A stretch of DNA of 32,000 nucleotides from Candidatus Pelagibacter ubique HTCC1062 (lineage in GTDB: Bacteria > Pseudomonadota > Alphaproteobacteria > Pelagibacterales > Pelagibacteraceae), in the NCBI RefSeq assembly GCF_000012345.1, contig NC_007205.1, positions 480,001 through 512,000 on the forward strand, given 5' to 3'. The position numbers and the translations under genes are program-made. Within the stretch, counting starts at the first letter, position 1, and each line of letters opens with the position of its first letter. The notes beneath the pieces are model-generated. The model saw nothing but the letters and a program-made list of their open reading frames with translations, was not told the DNA's origin and ran no database searches. Shown here one piece after another: positions 1-8,398 of the stretch.

Positions 1-1690
1 ATGATGAGAAAGGTAAGTTTTTACCACTTGCTTCAGAACCATAAGTATCTAGTGCAACTTTACGCTCAATTTCTTCTAAAAGTTTAATACTTAATGTTGC
101 TTTTCTTTTATCTATATCTAACTCTTGAATAGCACAGTCAATTCTTTCTCCACCTGTAAATCTAGCAGGTCTTGCATCAGCAGCATTAATAGCTATTGCA
201 GATTTTTTAATAATGAAGTCCATTTCACAGCCTTCAGGTCTTACAACAAGACCTTTGTTGTCAGTTGAAATAATCTTAACAGTGATAGTTTGTTTAACCT
301 TTTTATCATTAAACCAATCAAAAGGGTCTGGTTGAGTTTGACGTAAGCCAACTCTAACTTTTTGTTCTGCTGCTTTTACTTCTAATACTTTAACTTTTAA
401 TTTATCGCCAATTTTATATTTAGCTAATTCTTCTTCACCATTATTTAGGTAAGTTAAATCATTACAATGCAAGAAAGCATCAATATCTAAGCCATCAACT
501 TTTAAGAAAATAGAATATTCATTTTTACTTGCAACTTCACCCTCAACCTCAGATCCAATTGGGTAAGTTTTTTCAAATGTTTCAAAAGGGTTATCAGTTG
601 TTAAACGGTGAGATATTGCCACTCTTCTTTTTTCTTTATCAATTTCAGTGATTACACAATCAATTTCATCTCCAACTTTAAACATTTTTTTTGCAGAAAT
701 ATTTTTTTTAGTCCAACTTAATTCACTTGAGTGCAATAAAGTTGATAATCCTTTTTCAAGCTCACAAAAAGCTCCAAAGTCCATAAGCTTAACGACTTTT
801 ACTTTATAGATTTTGTTTAGTTCATAATTTGAAATGTTTTCAAAAGGGTCTGGTGTAAGTTGTTTTACTGAACAACCAACCTGAAGCTTTTCAAGATCAA
901 CACTGATTACTTTAAGGTCATGTTTCTCACCAATTGTAAAAACTTCATCAGGGTGATTAACTCTTGAATAAGAAATTTCTTGTAAGTGAACTAAAACATC
1001 AAGCTCACCATTAACACTAAAAAAACAACCAAATGAACTGTAGCCTTTTACTTCAGCACCTTTAATTATATCCCCAACTTTGAATTTTTCGACAATTTTA
1101 ATTTTATCTTCTTTTTTAAATGAAGAGATTATTTCTCTTCTAGAAACACATGCGTTTCCTCTAACTTTATCTAATTTTATTAGAGCAAATTTTTGAGGCT
1201 CATTCATTAAATGACTAATGTCTTTTAATGGTTTATCTGAAATTTGAGATCCAGGTAAAAACATTAAAGAACCAGTATCGATGTGTTCAACTATGCATCC
1301 ACCTTTAACACGTCCAGTAATTTTACCCATGATAGGTTCATTTTTTTCATACGCTTCAACAAGTTTGTCCCAACCTTGAATTTTTTGAGCTTTTGAAGCT
1401 GATACTAGTACTTCACCTTTTTTATCTTCTAACCTTTCAAGAAGAACAGAAATTTTTTCACCCACTTTTGCTTTATCAAGCATACCCATGCTTTTTAATT
1501 CATTAATATCTAAGATAGGCTCTGATTTTAAACCAGGTACTTCAAGAAATACAAAGTTATCAGTAACTTTGTTTACTACACCTGTAATAATTTTTCCTTC
1601 TTCAAGATTTGCTGTTTTAGTAAACTGTGAATTTAGTAATTGTTCGAATTCTTTAGAGGCGGGGTTTGAAAGGTCTTTATAAATTTCCAT
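1..1690 (-). CDS. rpsA: 30S ribosomal protein S1, C-terminus cut by the window edge
   Basis: The open minus-strand frame runs from the ATG at 1690..1688 to position 2 (563 codons). It starts MEIYKDLSNPASKEFEQLLNSQF... and contains repeated S1/OB-fold modules (GxVxxVxxFGxF-type). It sits in the conserved aroA-cmk-rpsA order. The ORF track omits it because the ORF runs off the window. The + ORF at 1488..1682 is an antisense shadow. Confidence 0.93.
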   Translation of the reverse strand, partial: MEIYKDLSNPASKEFEQLLNSQFTKTANLEEGKIITGVVNKVTDNFVFLEVPGLKSEPILDINELKSMGMLDKAKVGEKISVLLERLEDKKGEVLVSASKAQKIQGWDKLVEAYEKNEPIMGKITGRVKGGCIVEHIDTGSLMFLPGSQISDKPLKDISHLMNEPQKFALIKLDKVRGNACVSRREIISSFKKEDKIKIVEKFKVGDIIKGAEVKGYSSFGCFFSVNGELDVLVHLQEISYSRVNHPDEVFTIGEKHDLKVISVDLEKLQVGCSVKQLTPDPFENISNYELNKIYKVKVVKLMDFGAFCELEKGLSTLLHSSELSWTKKNISAKKMFKVGDEIDCVITEIDKEKRRVAISHRLTTDNPFETFEKTYPIGSEVEGEVASKNEYSIFLKVDGLDIDAFLHCNDLTYLNNGEEELAKYKIGDKLKVKVLEVKAAEQKVRVGLRQTQPDPFDWFNDKKVKQTITVKIISTDNKGLVVRPEGCEMDFIIKKSAIAINAADARPARFTGGERIDCAIQELDIDKRKATLSIKLLEEIERKVALDTYGSEASGKNLPFSS

Positions 1691-2343
1691 TAAGCTTTTA
1701 GTTTCCTATCCATAATTTGTTTAATTTTTAAAAAGCATGATCTTTTAGTTAAATTCGTGGTATTAATCAAGACCGAATCTCGAGTTCTCATAAGAGGTGA
1801 AACTTTTCTATTATAGTCACTTTTGTCACGGTTTTTGATACTTTTTAGGACTTCATTAAAAGATATTTTCTTATTTAGTCCTTTTAACTCTTTATACCTT
1901 CTTAAAGCTCTAGTCTTAGTATTTGCTGTTATAAAAAATTTAAAATCAGCATCAGGAATTATCTTATAAGTTATGTCTCTTCCATCTAAACAAGATCCAT
2001 TATACTTTTTGGGAGGATGATAAGCGCTTTTAATTTGAAATGCATGAACAAGTTTTCTTATTTTTTTATCTTTTGATATAATTGATGCCATTGTTCCAAC
2101 TTCATCTGATAACAATTTTTTATTTTGCAAATCTTTCATAGTTAATTTGAGCATCTTTTTTTTTATTAAACTATGACTATACTTATTTGGTTGAGTAAGT
2201 TTAATATTTGCAATTAATCTATAAATTTTTCCTGTATCTAAATAAAATAAGTTAAAATATTTAGAAATTAATTTTGCTTGAGTGCCGGCACCAGCAGCAG
2301 CAGGTGAGTCTATAGCGATTTTAATTTTTTTTTTAAGCTTCAT
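1690..2343 (-). CDS. cmk: cytidylate kinase (non-canonical P-loop)
   Basis: 217 aa. Cmk motifs are present: LDTGKIYR, DGRDITYKIIPDADFKFFITANTKTRALRR and RDKSDYNRKVSPL. The position between aroA and rpsA fits. The P-loop reads DSPAAAGAGT rather than the usual DGPxxxGKGT. Confidence 0.85.
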   Translation of the reverse strand: MKLKKKIKIAIDSPAAAGAGTQAKLISKYFNLFYLDTGKIYRLIANIKLTQPNKYSHSLIKKKMLKLTMKDLQNKKLLSDEVGTMASIISKDKKIRKLVHAFQIKSAYHPPKKYNGSCLDGRDITYKIIPDADFKFFITANTKTRALRRYKELKGLNKKISFNEVLKSIKNRDKSDYNRKVSPLMRTRDSVLINTTNLTKRSCFLKIKQIMDRKLKA

Positions 2344-3668
2344 AGTGATGAATGGTTTATATTTTTAATTATCTTCAAAAAAGATGGAAAGGAAGTGTTT
2401 ATAGAGTCTTTATCATAAATTTTCCATTTTCCACCAAAGGTTAAAGCAGCAATTGTGCTCATCATAAAAACTCTATGATCCTTTAGATAGTTTTTAACAG
2501 TTATTGGTTTTTTTATTTCTAAATCAGGTTGTCCATAAATCTTAATAGAATCGTTTGTTAAATCTGTTTTTATACCCATCATATTTAAAATTTTAGAACC
2601 CCAAATTAATCTTGGACTTTCTTTTTGGTTTAGTTCTGAAAGGTCTTTAAAATAAGAAATACCTTTTGCTTTTGCTGCAATTAAAAAAATAACCAAAAAT
2701 TCATCAATGGCACTACTATTTAATTCAACTGGACAATTAATAGCTTTAAGTTTTTTTGAACTTTTTATTAAAATATCAGAAATTTTTTCTCCTCTATAAT
2801 TTTTTTGGTTTTCAAGTGTTATTTTGGCTCCCATTTTTTTTAAGATTGTAATAACTCCTACTCTAGAAGGATTGATATTTACATTCTTAATTAAAAGTTT
2901 TGAATTATCAGCAAGCGTTGTTAGTACCATAAAAAAAGCACTTGAGCTTATATCTCCTGGAATTTGATAATTGAAGGCAATAATTTTTTTTGGTTTTTTA
3001 ATATCTATAAAATCAAATTTTTTAGTCTTTCTTACCTTGATTGGAATTTTTAAATATTTAAAAAGTAATTCTGTGTGATTTCTTGATTTCTTTGCTTTAA
3101 TAGAGGTTGTTCCTGATGCATTCAATGCTGCAAGCATTACGCTACTTTTGCATTGAGCTGAACCTTTGTTCTCAAAATATTTAATACCTTTTGCTGATTG
3201 TGTGCCAAGAATTGTTAAAGGCAGTTTATTCTTTATTTTATAAAAAAATTTAACTCCGAATTTTCTTAGAGGTGTGGTTACTCTTGAAAAATCTCTTTTA
3301 GATAAACTTTTGTCACCAATTATCTTTATCTTTTTAGGAGATTTAATTAAAAGACCTAAAATTAATCTACCAAGTGTTCCGGAATTTTTAGCATCTATTG
3401 TTAAGTTTTTAATGTATTTAAAGCCATTAATTCCATTGCCTACTATTTCACAGTAATTTTTTTGTATCCGCACTTTTATGCCAAGTTTTTTGATGCTATC
3501 AATTGCAGCTAATACATCTTCTGACATTAAAAGGTTGTAACCTTTTGATTTTCCAATTGCTTGAGAAGCTAAAAGAACCCATCTTATACTTAAACTCTTA
3601 TCTCCACTAACTCTTATCTGTTTATTAAATTTTTTTATTTTATCTTTAATTATGAGTGTTTTTGACAT
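2340..3668 (-). CDS. aroA: 3-phosphoshikimate 1-carboxyvinyltransferase (EPSP synthase), class II-like
   Basis: 442 aa. The NSGTLGRLILGLL motif resembles the class II GNSGTTxRLLxG motif. The two-domain length fits the family. The stop overlaps the cmk start (ATGA). Confidence 0.9.
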   Translation of the reverse strand: MSKTLIIKDKIKKFNKQIRVSGDKSLSIRWVLLASQAIGKSKGYNLLMSEDVLAAIDSIKKLGIKVRIQKNYCEIVGNGINGFKYIKNLTIDAKNSGTLGRLILGLLIKSPKKIKIIGDKSLSKRDFSRVTTPLRKFGVKFFYKIKNKLPLTILGTQSAKGIKYFENKGSAQCKSSVMLAALNASGTTSIKAKKSRNHTELLFKYLKIPIKVRKTKKFDFIDIKKPKKIIAFNYQIPGDISSSAFFMVLTTLADNSKLLIKNVNINPSRVGVITILKKMGAKITLENQKNYRGEKISDILIKSSKKLKAINCPVELNSSAIDEFLVIFLIAAKAKGISYFKDLSELNQKESPRLIWGSKILNMMGIKTDLTNDSIKIYGQPDLEIKKPITVKNYLKDHRVFMMSTIAALTFGGKWKIYDKDSINTSFPSFLKIIKNINHSSL

Positions 3669-3671
3669 GCT

Positions 3672-4448
3672 TTAATTAAATTTAAAAGAGTCACCGAAAT
3701 AAGCATTTTTGGCCTCAGTGTTATTAATCAATTCATTAGGAGATCCTTGCGCTACAATCTTACAGTTTGATAAAATGACTGCTACATCCACACAAGAAAG
3801 AAGATCTCGCGCTTGGTGATCACAAATACAAATAGTTATGTTGCTTTCTGTTTGTAAATTAACAATGATTTCCTGTAGCATCTTAATAGTCAGAACATCT
3901 AGTGCTGCGAAACACTCATCAAGTAAAAGCACCTTTGGGTCACTTAATAAGGCAAGAGCAATTACTAGCTTCTTTTTTTGTCCACCAGATAGAAACTTTG
4001 CTTTTATATCTCTGATAGCGTCTAATTCAAATTTAGCTATAAGCATATCAATCTTATGATGAATTAAATTTTTATCGTCGATTACGATTTCTGCTATTGC
4101 TTTTAAATTTTCTAATAAAGTAAGATCACTAAAATAACCACCGTATTGAGGAACATACCCAATTCTAAATTTTGTTGTTCTCAAATATATTGGGTAATCA
4201 ACAACATCAATCCCCTCAAATTTAATTTTACCAAAGTCAGGTTTAATTAAACCTGTGATTAAATTAAAAATTGTTGATTTTCCAACTCCATTTGGTCCTA
4301 ACATTCCTAAAATTTGTCCATGATTAATCTTAAAGCTTACGTTGTCTAAAATTTTTCTCTTACCAAATGATAATGATATATTTTCTAGAGAGATAAAGGG
4401 CTGAGGGTTTTTAAAAGATTTAATCCTAAATTTTTTTATTACACCCAT
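3672..4448 (-). CDS. lptB: LPS export ABC transporter ATP-binding protein
   Basis: 258 aa. It has Walker A GPNGVGKST, signature LSGGQKKK, Walker B LLLDE and an H-loop CDHQ. It lies directly downstream of an LptC-like gene and kdsD. Confidence 0.85.
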   Translation of the reverse strand: MGVIKKFRIKSFKNPQPFISLENISLSFGKRKILDNVSFKINHGQILGMLGPNGVGKSTIFNLITGLIKPDFGKIKFEGIDVVDYPIYLRTTKFRIGYVPQYGGYFSDLTLLENLKAIAEIVIDDKNLIHHKIDMLIAKFELDAIRDIKAKFLSGGQKKKLVIALALLSDPKVLLLDECFAALDVLTIKMLQEIIVNLQTESNITICICDHQARDLLSCVDVAVILSNCKIVAQGSPNELINNTEAKNAYFGDSFKFN

Positions 4449-4449
4449 A

Positions 4450-5034
4450 TTACTTAGTTCCTTCGATTAATACTTTTTTTCCAGTATCATTCATAAAAAT
4501 TTTAGTGTCTTTGGTAGTAAGATTCATTTCAATTTTATCAGCATATAAATTTGTTTTTTCTCCAGCATAAACGACATTTTCAGTAAATGTCCCAAGATTA
4601 CTTAAAAAGGAAAAATCCAAGTATTCTCCTGATATCTTATGTCTTGGGTAAATAACTATTACATTTTCAGAAAAAATAGTATCATAATTTTTTGAATTAT
4701 ATTTGCCAAAATTAGAAGTAATTTTAACTGTGTCTGAATCTTTTATAAAAATAAAAGCTACAACGTCTCTTAAAAACATCACGTCAGAATTTTCAACTTT
4801 AATTTCAGCTTGTTTTGCAGTGATCTGATATTTATTACCTTTAACATCGGTAGAAACATAATTAATATCATCAATATAGGTTGAGTTGCTATTTTGATTT
4901 TCATCAATTTTTTCTTTAACTTGAGTTTCCTTTACATCTTCAAAATTCTCAGTGAAGTACTTTAAATAAAACCATAATGAAATAAGGATAATAATAAGAA
5001 CCATTACAACTTGTAGGCCTGTTTTTTTATTCAT
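4450..5034 (-). CDS. lptC: LptC-like membrane-anchored LPS export protein
   Basis: 194 aa. A single N-terminal TM helix (LQVVMVLIIILISLWFYL) is followed by a beta-rich OstA/LptC-like region. The position between kdsD and lptB fits. The call rests on context and architecture, not on a strong motif. Confidence 0.6.
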   Translation of the reverse strand: MNKKTGLQVVMVLIIILISLWFYLKYFTENFEDVKETQVKEKIDENQNSNSTYIDDINYVSTDVKGNKYQITAKQAEIKVENSDVMFLRDVVAFIFIKDSDTVKITSNFGKYNSKNYDTIFSENVIVIYPRHKISGEYLDFSFLSNLGTFTENVVYAGEKTNLYADKIEMNLTTKDTKIFMNDTGKKVLIEGTK

Positions 5035-6006
5035 TTAACGAATATTTGAATGAAGTATGTTGTGAATATGTAAAATTCCAATTGTCTTTTTTTTGTTTTT
5101 ATCTTTGTGAACACATAATGAAGTGATTTTCTTTGCATTCATTATAGATAAAGCTTTTTCAGCAAGAGTGTCTAGATTGATGCTTATAGGGTTTTTGGTC
5201 ATAACCTTTTTGACAGATAGATCTTGGAGATTATTGCTCATTGCATTAACTCTTCTAATTTGGCCATCAGTAATTATTCCTGTAGTGATTTTCTTATTAT
5301 TTTGAACAATTAAAGTACCAAGTTTTTTATTTGAAATAATTTGTAAAGCTTTTTTCATATTTAAGCTTTCATTTACAAATGGAATTTTTTTTCCTGTGAT
5401 CATTAATTCTTCAACAGTTCTAAGTTGTGCACCAAGATTTCCAGAGGGATGAAATTTTTTAAAATCTTTTTTATTAATATTTTTTTTATTTAAAACTGCT
5501 ACTGCCAACGCATCACCTATGCTCAATTGATTAATTGTGCTTGAAGTTGGAACGATACCAAGACCTGCTTCAGTTACTTCTGGAATAAGGAGTTTGATAT
5601 CAGACGCTTTGTATAATATCGAATTTTTTTTAGACATTATTCCTATTAGAGTGATTTTATTTCGATTTGCATATTTAATAATATTTTTTAACTCTTCTGT
5701 GGAACCAGAATAACTTATCAAAATTAAAATATCTTTTTTTGAAATACTACCAAGATCACCATGAGAACAGTCATTTGCAGATAGTGAAAATGAAGGTGTG
5801 CCAACAGAGGAAAGTGTTGCTGAAATTTTTGCTGCTATTAATCCACTTTTGCCTACCCCACATAATATCACTTTTGATTGACAGTTTGCCAACGATTCTA
5901 CCGCTTCATTAAAAGAATTATTAATTGAATCTTTTAATTTTTTTAAAGCTTTGATTTCAAGATCAATTACACTCTTTGCAATTTTTTTATAATTTCTTTT
6001 TTTCAT
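5035..6006 (-). CDS. kdsD: arabinose-5-phosphate isomerase (KdsD/KpsF; SIS plus tandem CBS domains)
   Basis: 323 aa. It has the SIS motif VILCGVGKSGLIAAKISATLSSVGTPS, then GDLG, then C-terminal CBS repeats. Confidence 0.9.
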   Translation of the reverse strand: MKKRNYKKIAKSVIDLEIKALKKLKDSINNSFNEAVESLANCQSKVILCGVGKSGLIAAKISATLSSVGTPSFSLSANDCSHGDLGSISKKDILILISYSGSTEELKNIIKYANRNKITLIGIMSKKNSILYKASDIKLLIPEVTEAGLGIVPTSSTINQLSIGDALAVAVLNKKNINKKDFKKFHPSGNLGAQLRTVEELMITGKKIPFVNESLNMKKALQIISNKKLGTLIVQNNKKITTGIITDGQIRRVNAMSNNLQDLSVKKVMTKNPISINLDTLAEKALSIMNAKKITSLCVHKDKNKKKTIGILHIHNILHSNIR

Positions 6007-6618
6007 TTAATGAGACCATATATCGTCTTTAAATAAAGCCAAATCAAGATCAACTCTAGTTTTTAAAAATGCTAAACAGCTCTTATATAAATCAATTCGC
6101 TTTTCTCTTACTAGAATTTTATTTAATTCTTCATGAATTTTATGCAAATAAATAACATCATTAGCACAATATTTTAATTGTGCTGGAGATAGCTCTCCTC
6201 CAAAGTCTGAACTTTGAAATTGTTTACTTACATCTACGTTCATAAATTCTTTAATTAATGTTTTTAGGGAGTGACTATCAGAATAGGATCTAGCTAATTT
6301 TGAAGCTATTTTTGTATCAAGAATATTATTAGTTTCTGTTTTCAGGTAATGCTTAATGTGAGCCATGTCCGCCCTACCATAATGAAATATTTTTATGATT
6401 GATGCGTCAGAAAGAACTTTATTTAAGTTTGGAGCATCATATTTTTCCCTATCAAGCTGGATAATATGAGCATCAGAATTACCAGTTGATATTTGAATAA
6501 GGCATAAAGGATCACGCTTAACATTGAGACCCATAAACTCTCCATCAACCGCTATAATATTGCCTAAATCTAAATCTTCTGGTAGATCATTCTTGTGAAG
6601 TTTAATATCAATATTCAT
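6007..6618 (-). CDS. rnd: short ribonuclease D-type 3'-5' exonuclease (DEDDy)
   Basis: 203 aa. The exonuclease motifs are VDGEF (Exo I), HYGRADMAHI (Exo II) and YCANDVIYL (Exo III, Y-x3-D). This is the single-domain form common in Alphaproteobacteria. Confidence 0.8.
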   Translation of the reverse strand: MNIDIKLHKNDLPEDLDLGNIIAVDGEFMGLNVKRDPLCLIQISTGNSDAHIIQLDREKYDAPNLNKVLSDASIIKIFHYGRADMAHIKHYLKTETNNILDTKIASKLARSYSDSHSLKTLIKEFMNVDVSKQFQSSDFGGELSPAQLKYCANDVIYLHKIHEELNKILVREKRIDLYKSCLAFLKTRVDLDLALFKDDIWSH

Positions 6619-6634
6619 TTTTAATTATATATAT

Positions 6635-7603
6635 ATGAAAGCAAAAAATTGTCTAATTTTTGGCGGTAGTGGTCAAATAGGTCGTCATTTAATAAGAAAG
6701 CTTACTAAAAATAATTATAAAGTAACTGTGGTTACTAGAAACCTTCATCAAAAAGGATATGCAATAAAAACTCAAGCTAATGCAGGTTACATAGACATTG
6801 TTGAAGCTAATATCTTTGATGAAAAAAAAATTAGAAAGCTTTTCTCTCAAACTGATATTTGTATAAATTTAATTGGTATTTTATATGAAAGTGGCAAGGG
6901 CAATACTTTCAAAAATATTCACTCTATTTTTCCATCTATTTTATCTAAACTTTGTAAGGAATATAAAGTTCAGCAATTTATTCATTTGTCAGCATTAGGG
7001 ATAAATGATGCACCAGACTCAGAGTATGCAAAAAGTAAATTAGATGGCGAACTTAATATTCAAAAAAATTTTCCTTTAGCAACAATATTAAGGCCTTCTG
7101 TAGTTTATTCAGTTGATGATAATTTTACTACGTCTTTTATGACTTTACTCAGTAGACTTCCATTTTTCCCTCTTTATTATAATGGATCAACTAAATTTGC
7201 TCCAATACATTGTTCGGATTTAACTGATACCATTTATCATGTTGTCTCTAAAAGTATTTACTCGAAAATTATAGAGTGTGTTGGGCCTGACATCTTATCC
7301 TTAAAAGAAATTTTAAAAAAATTATTACATTTAATAGATAAAAAAAGATTATTAGTACCATTACCTCTTTTTGTAGCAACTATGTCTGCTAAAGTTTTTC
7401 AATTATTTCCAAAACCACTCCTAACAATAGATCAGCTTACGCTTTTAAAATATGATAATGTTCCTTCAGGTAAATATCAAACTAATGCTGATATTGGGGT
7501 TCCAAGCACAAGAGTATTTGATAATGAAGTAGAAAAATATAGCTATATGTGGAGAGAAGGTGGGCAATTTTCTACAAAAAAATATAACCCTGCTAATTCT
7601 TAA
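6635..7603 (+). CDS. NAD(P)-binding epimerase/dehydratase-fold protein, complex I NDUFA9-like family
   Basis: 322 aa. It has an N-terminal Rossmann motif IFGGSGQIGRHL and a YAKSK (YxxxK) motif. Length and layout resemble alphaproteobacterial NDUFA9 homologues. Confidence 0.75.
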   Translation: MKAKNCLIFGGSGQIGRHLIRKLTKNNYKVTVVTRNLHQKGYAIKTQANAGYIDIVEANIFDEKKIRKLFSQTDICINLIGILYESGKGNTFKNIHSIFPSILSKLCKEYKVQQFIHLSALGINDAPDSEYAKSKLDGELNIQKNFPLATILRPSVVYSVDDNFTTSFMTLLSRLPFFPLYYNGSTKFAPIHCSDLTDTIYHVVSKSIYSKIIECVGPDILSLKEILKKLLHLIDKKRLLVPLPLFVATMSAKVFQLFPKPLLTIDQLTLLKYDNVPSGKYQTNADIGVPSTRVFDNEVEKYSYMWREGGQFSTKKYNPANS

Positions 7604-7637
7604 TAGAATTTCCTATACTAAAATTGTATGATTATTT

Positions 7638-7745
7638 ATGATAATTAATATTATTTATTTTTTAATATTCTCAATTTTCTCTTATCTAATTTATCTAATC
7701 ATAAAATCTCTGATTAGAGGGTTTAATGGGAAGAATAAGAAATAA
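7638..7745 (+). CDS. candidate small membrane protein (35 aa), hypothetical
   Basis: ATG..TAA ORF encoding MIINIIYFLIFSIFSYLIYLIIKSLIRGFNGKNKK. It has one hydrophobic helix and a basic tail. It sits in an unusually long (171 bp) convergent spacer. There is no clear SD and no homology support. Confidence 0.25.
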   Translation: MIINIIYFLIFSIFSYLIYLIIKSLIRGFNGKNKK

Positions 7746-7774
7746 AAAATTAAGATTAATTAAATTAATAATTA

Positions 7775-8275
7775 TTAAGCAGTATTAATTTTTTTATCAA
7801 TATACTGAGGTGTCTCTTCATCTTTATCAGCTACAGGCTCTTCTTTTCTTCCTTTTGGCTGATAGGCATATAGCAAATGAAGTTTGCAATATGAAAAATC
7901 TTTTAAAGACGATCGCCCACAAAAATAAAATGATTGTTCTTCAGGATGACCTATAGGCCATTTACAAGAGCTCTCGTCTAGTTCTTCTAATTTCTTAGGA
8001 TTTTCTGGTTCAAAATCTTTTTCAATAATTAAGGATTGAAACTTACTTTTTCGGCCTCTTTTTTGCTTAGAAGAATTTTCTTCTGAACTATTATCAAAAT
8101 TTTGGCTTGAAGATGCATTTCTAGTTTTAATTTTTGATGATAAATTTAATCTATGAGCTTTACCAATTACTGCATTTCTACTTATACCACCGATTATTTC
8201 AGCTATTTGGCTTGCAGTGCTTCCTTTGCCCCAAAGTTCTTTTAACTTTTCTACTTTTTCTTCGTTCCAGCTCAT
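7775..8275 (-). CDS. gcrA: GcrA cell-cycle regulator
   Basis: 166 aa. The N-terminus MSWNEEKVEKLKELWGKGSTASQIAEIIGGISRNAVIGKAHRL and the C-terminal CKWPIGHP...FCG...YCKLH..AYQP are diagnostic of the GcrA family. Confidence 0.92.
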   Translation of the reverse strand: MSWNEEKVEKLKELWGKGSTASQIAEIIGGISRNAVIGKAHRLNLSSKIKTRNASSSQNFDNSSEENSSKQKRGRKSKFQSLIIEKDFEPENPKKLEELDESSCKWPIGHPEEQSFYFCGRSSLKDFSYCKLHLLYAYQPKGRKEEPVADKDEETPQYIDKKINTA

Positions 8276-8398
8276 ATTCTATATTTAGTATGTTAATTAA
8301 TTTTTATAACTATATACAGATCACACAAGATTAAAAAAAAGACAACGGATTTTTCTGTTTTATACACATCTTTTTTTAAAATTTATATATGATTACTT

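Noticed and set aside
1488-1682. 64-aa plus-strand ORF from the ORF track.
   Set aside because: It lies entirely antisense within the rpsA coding frame, whose S1-domain translation is unambiguous. It is a shadow ORF.
8289-8310. Possible CtrA box (TTAA-N7-TTAA) in the gcrA upstream region: gTTAAttaatttTTATaac.
   Set aside because: The second half-site is TTAT, not TTAA(C). TTAA-rich strings are expected by chance in this composition. There are no GANTC sites nearby to support cell-cycle control.
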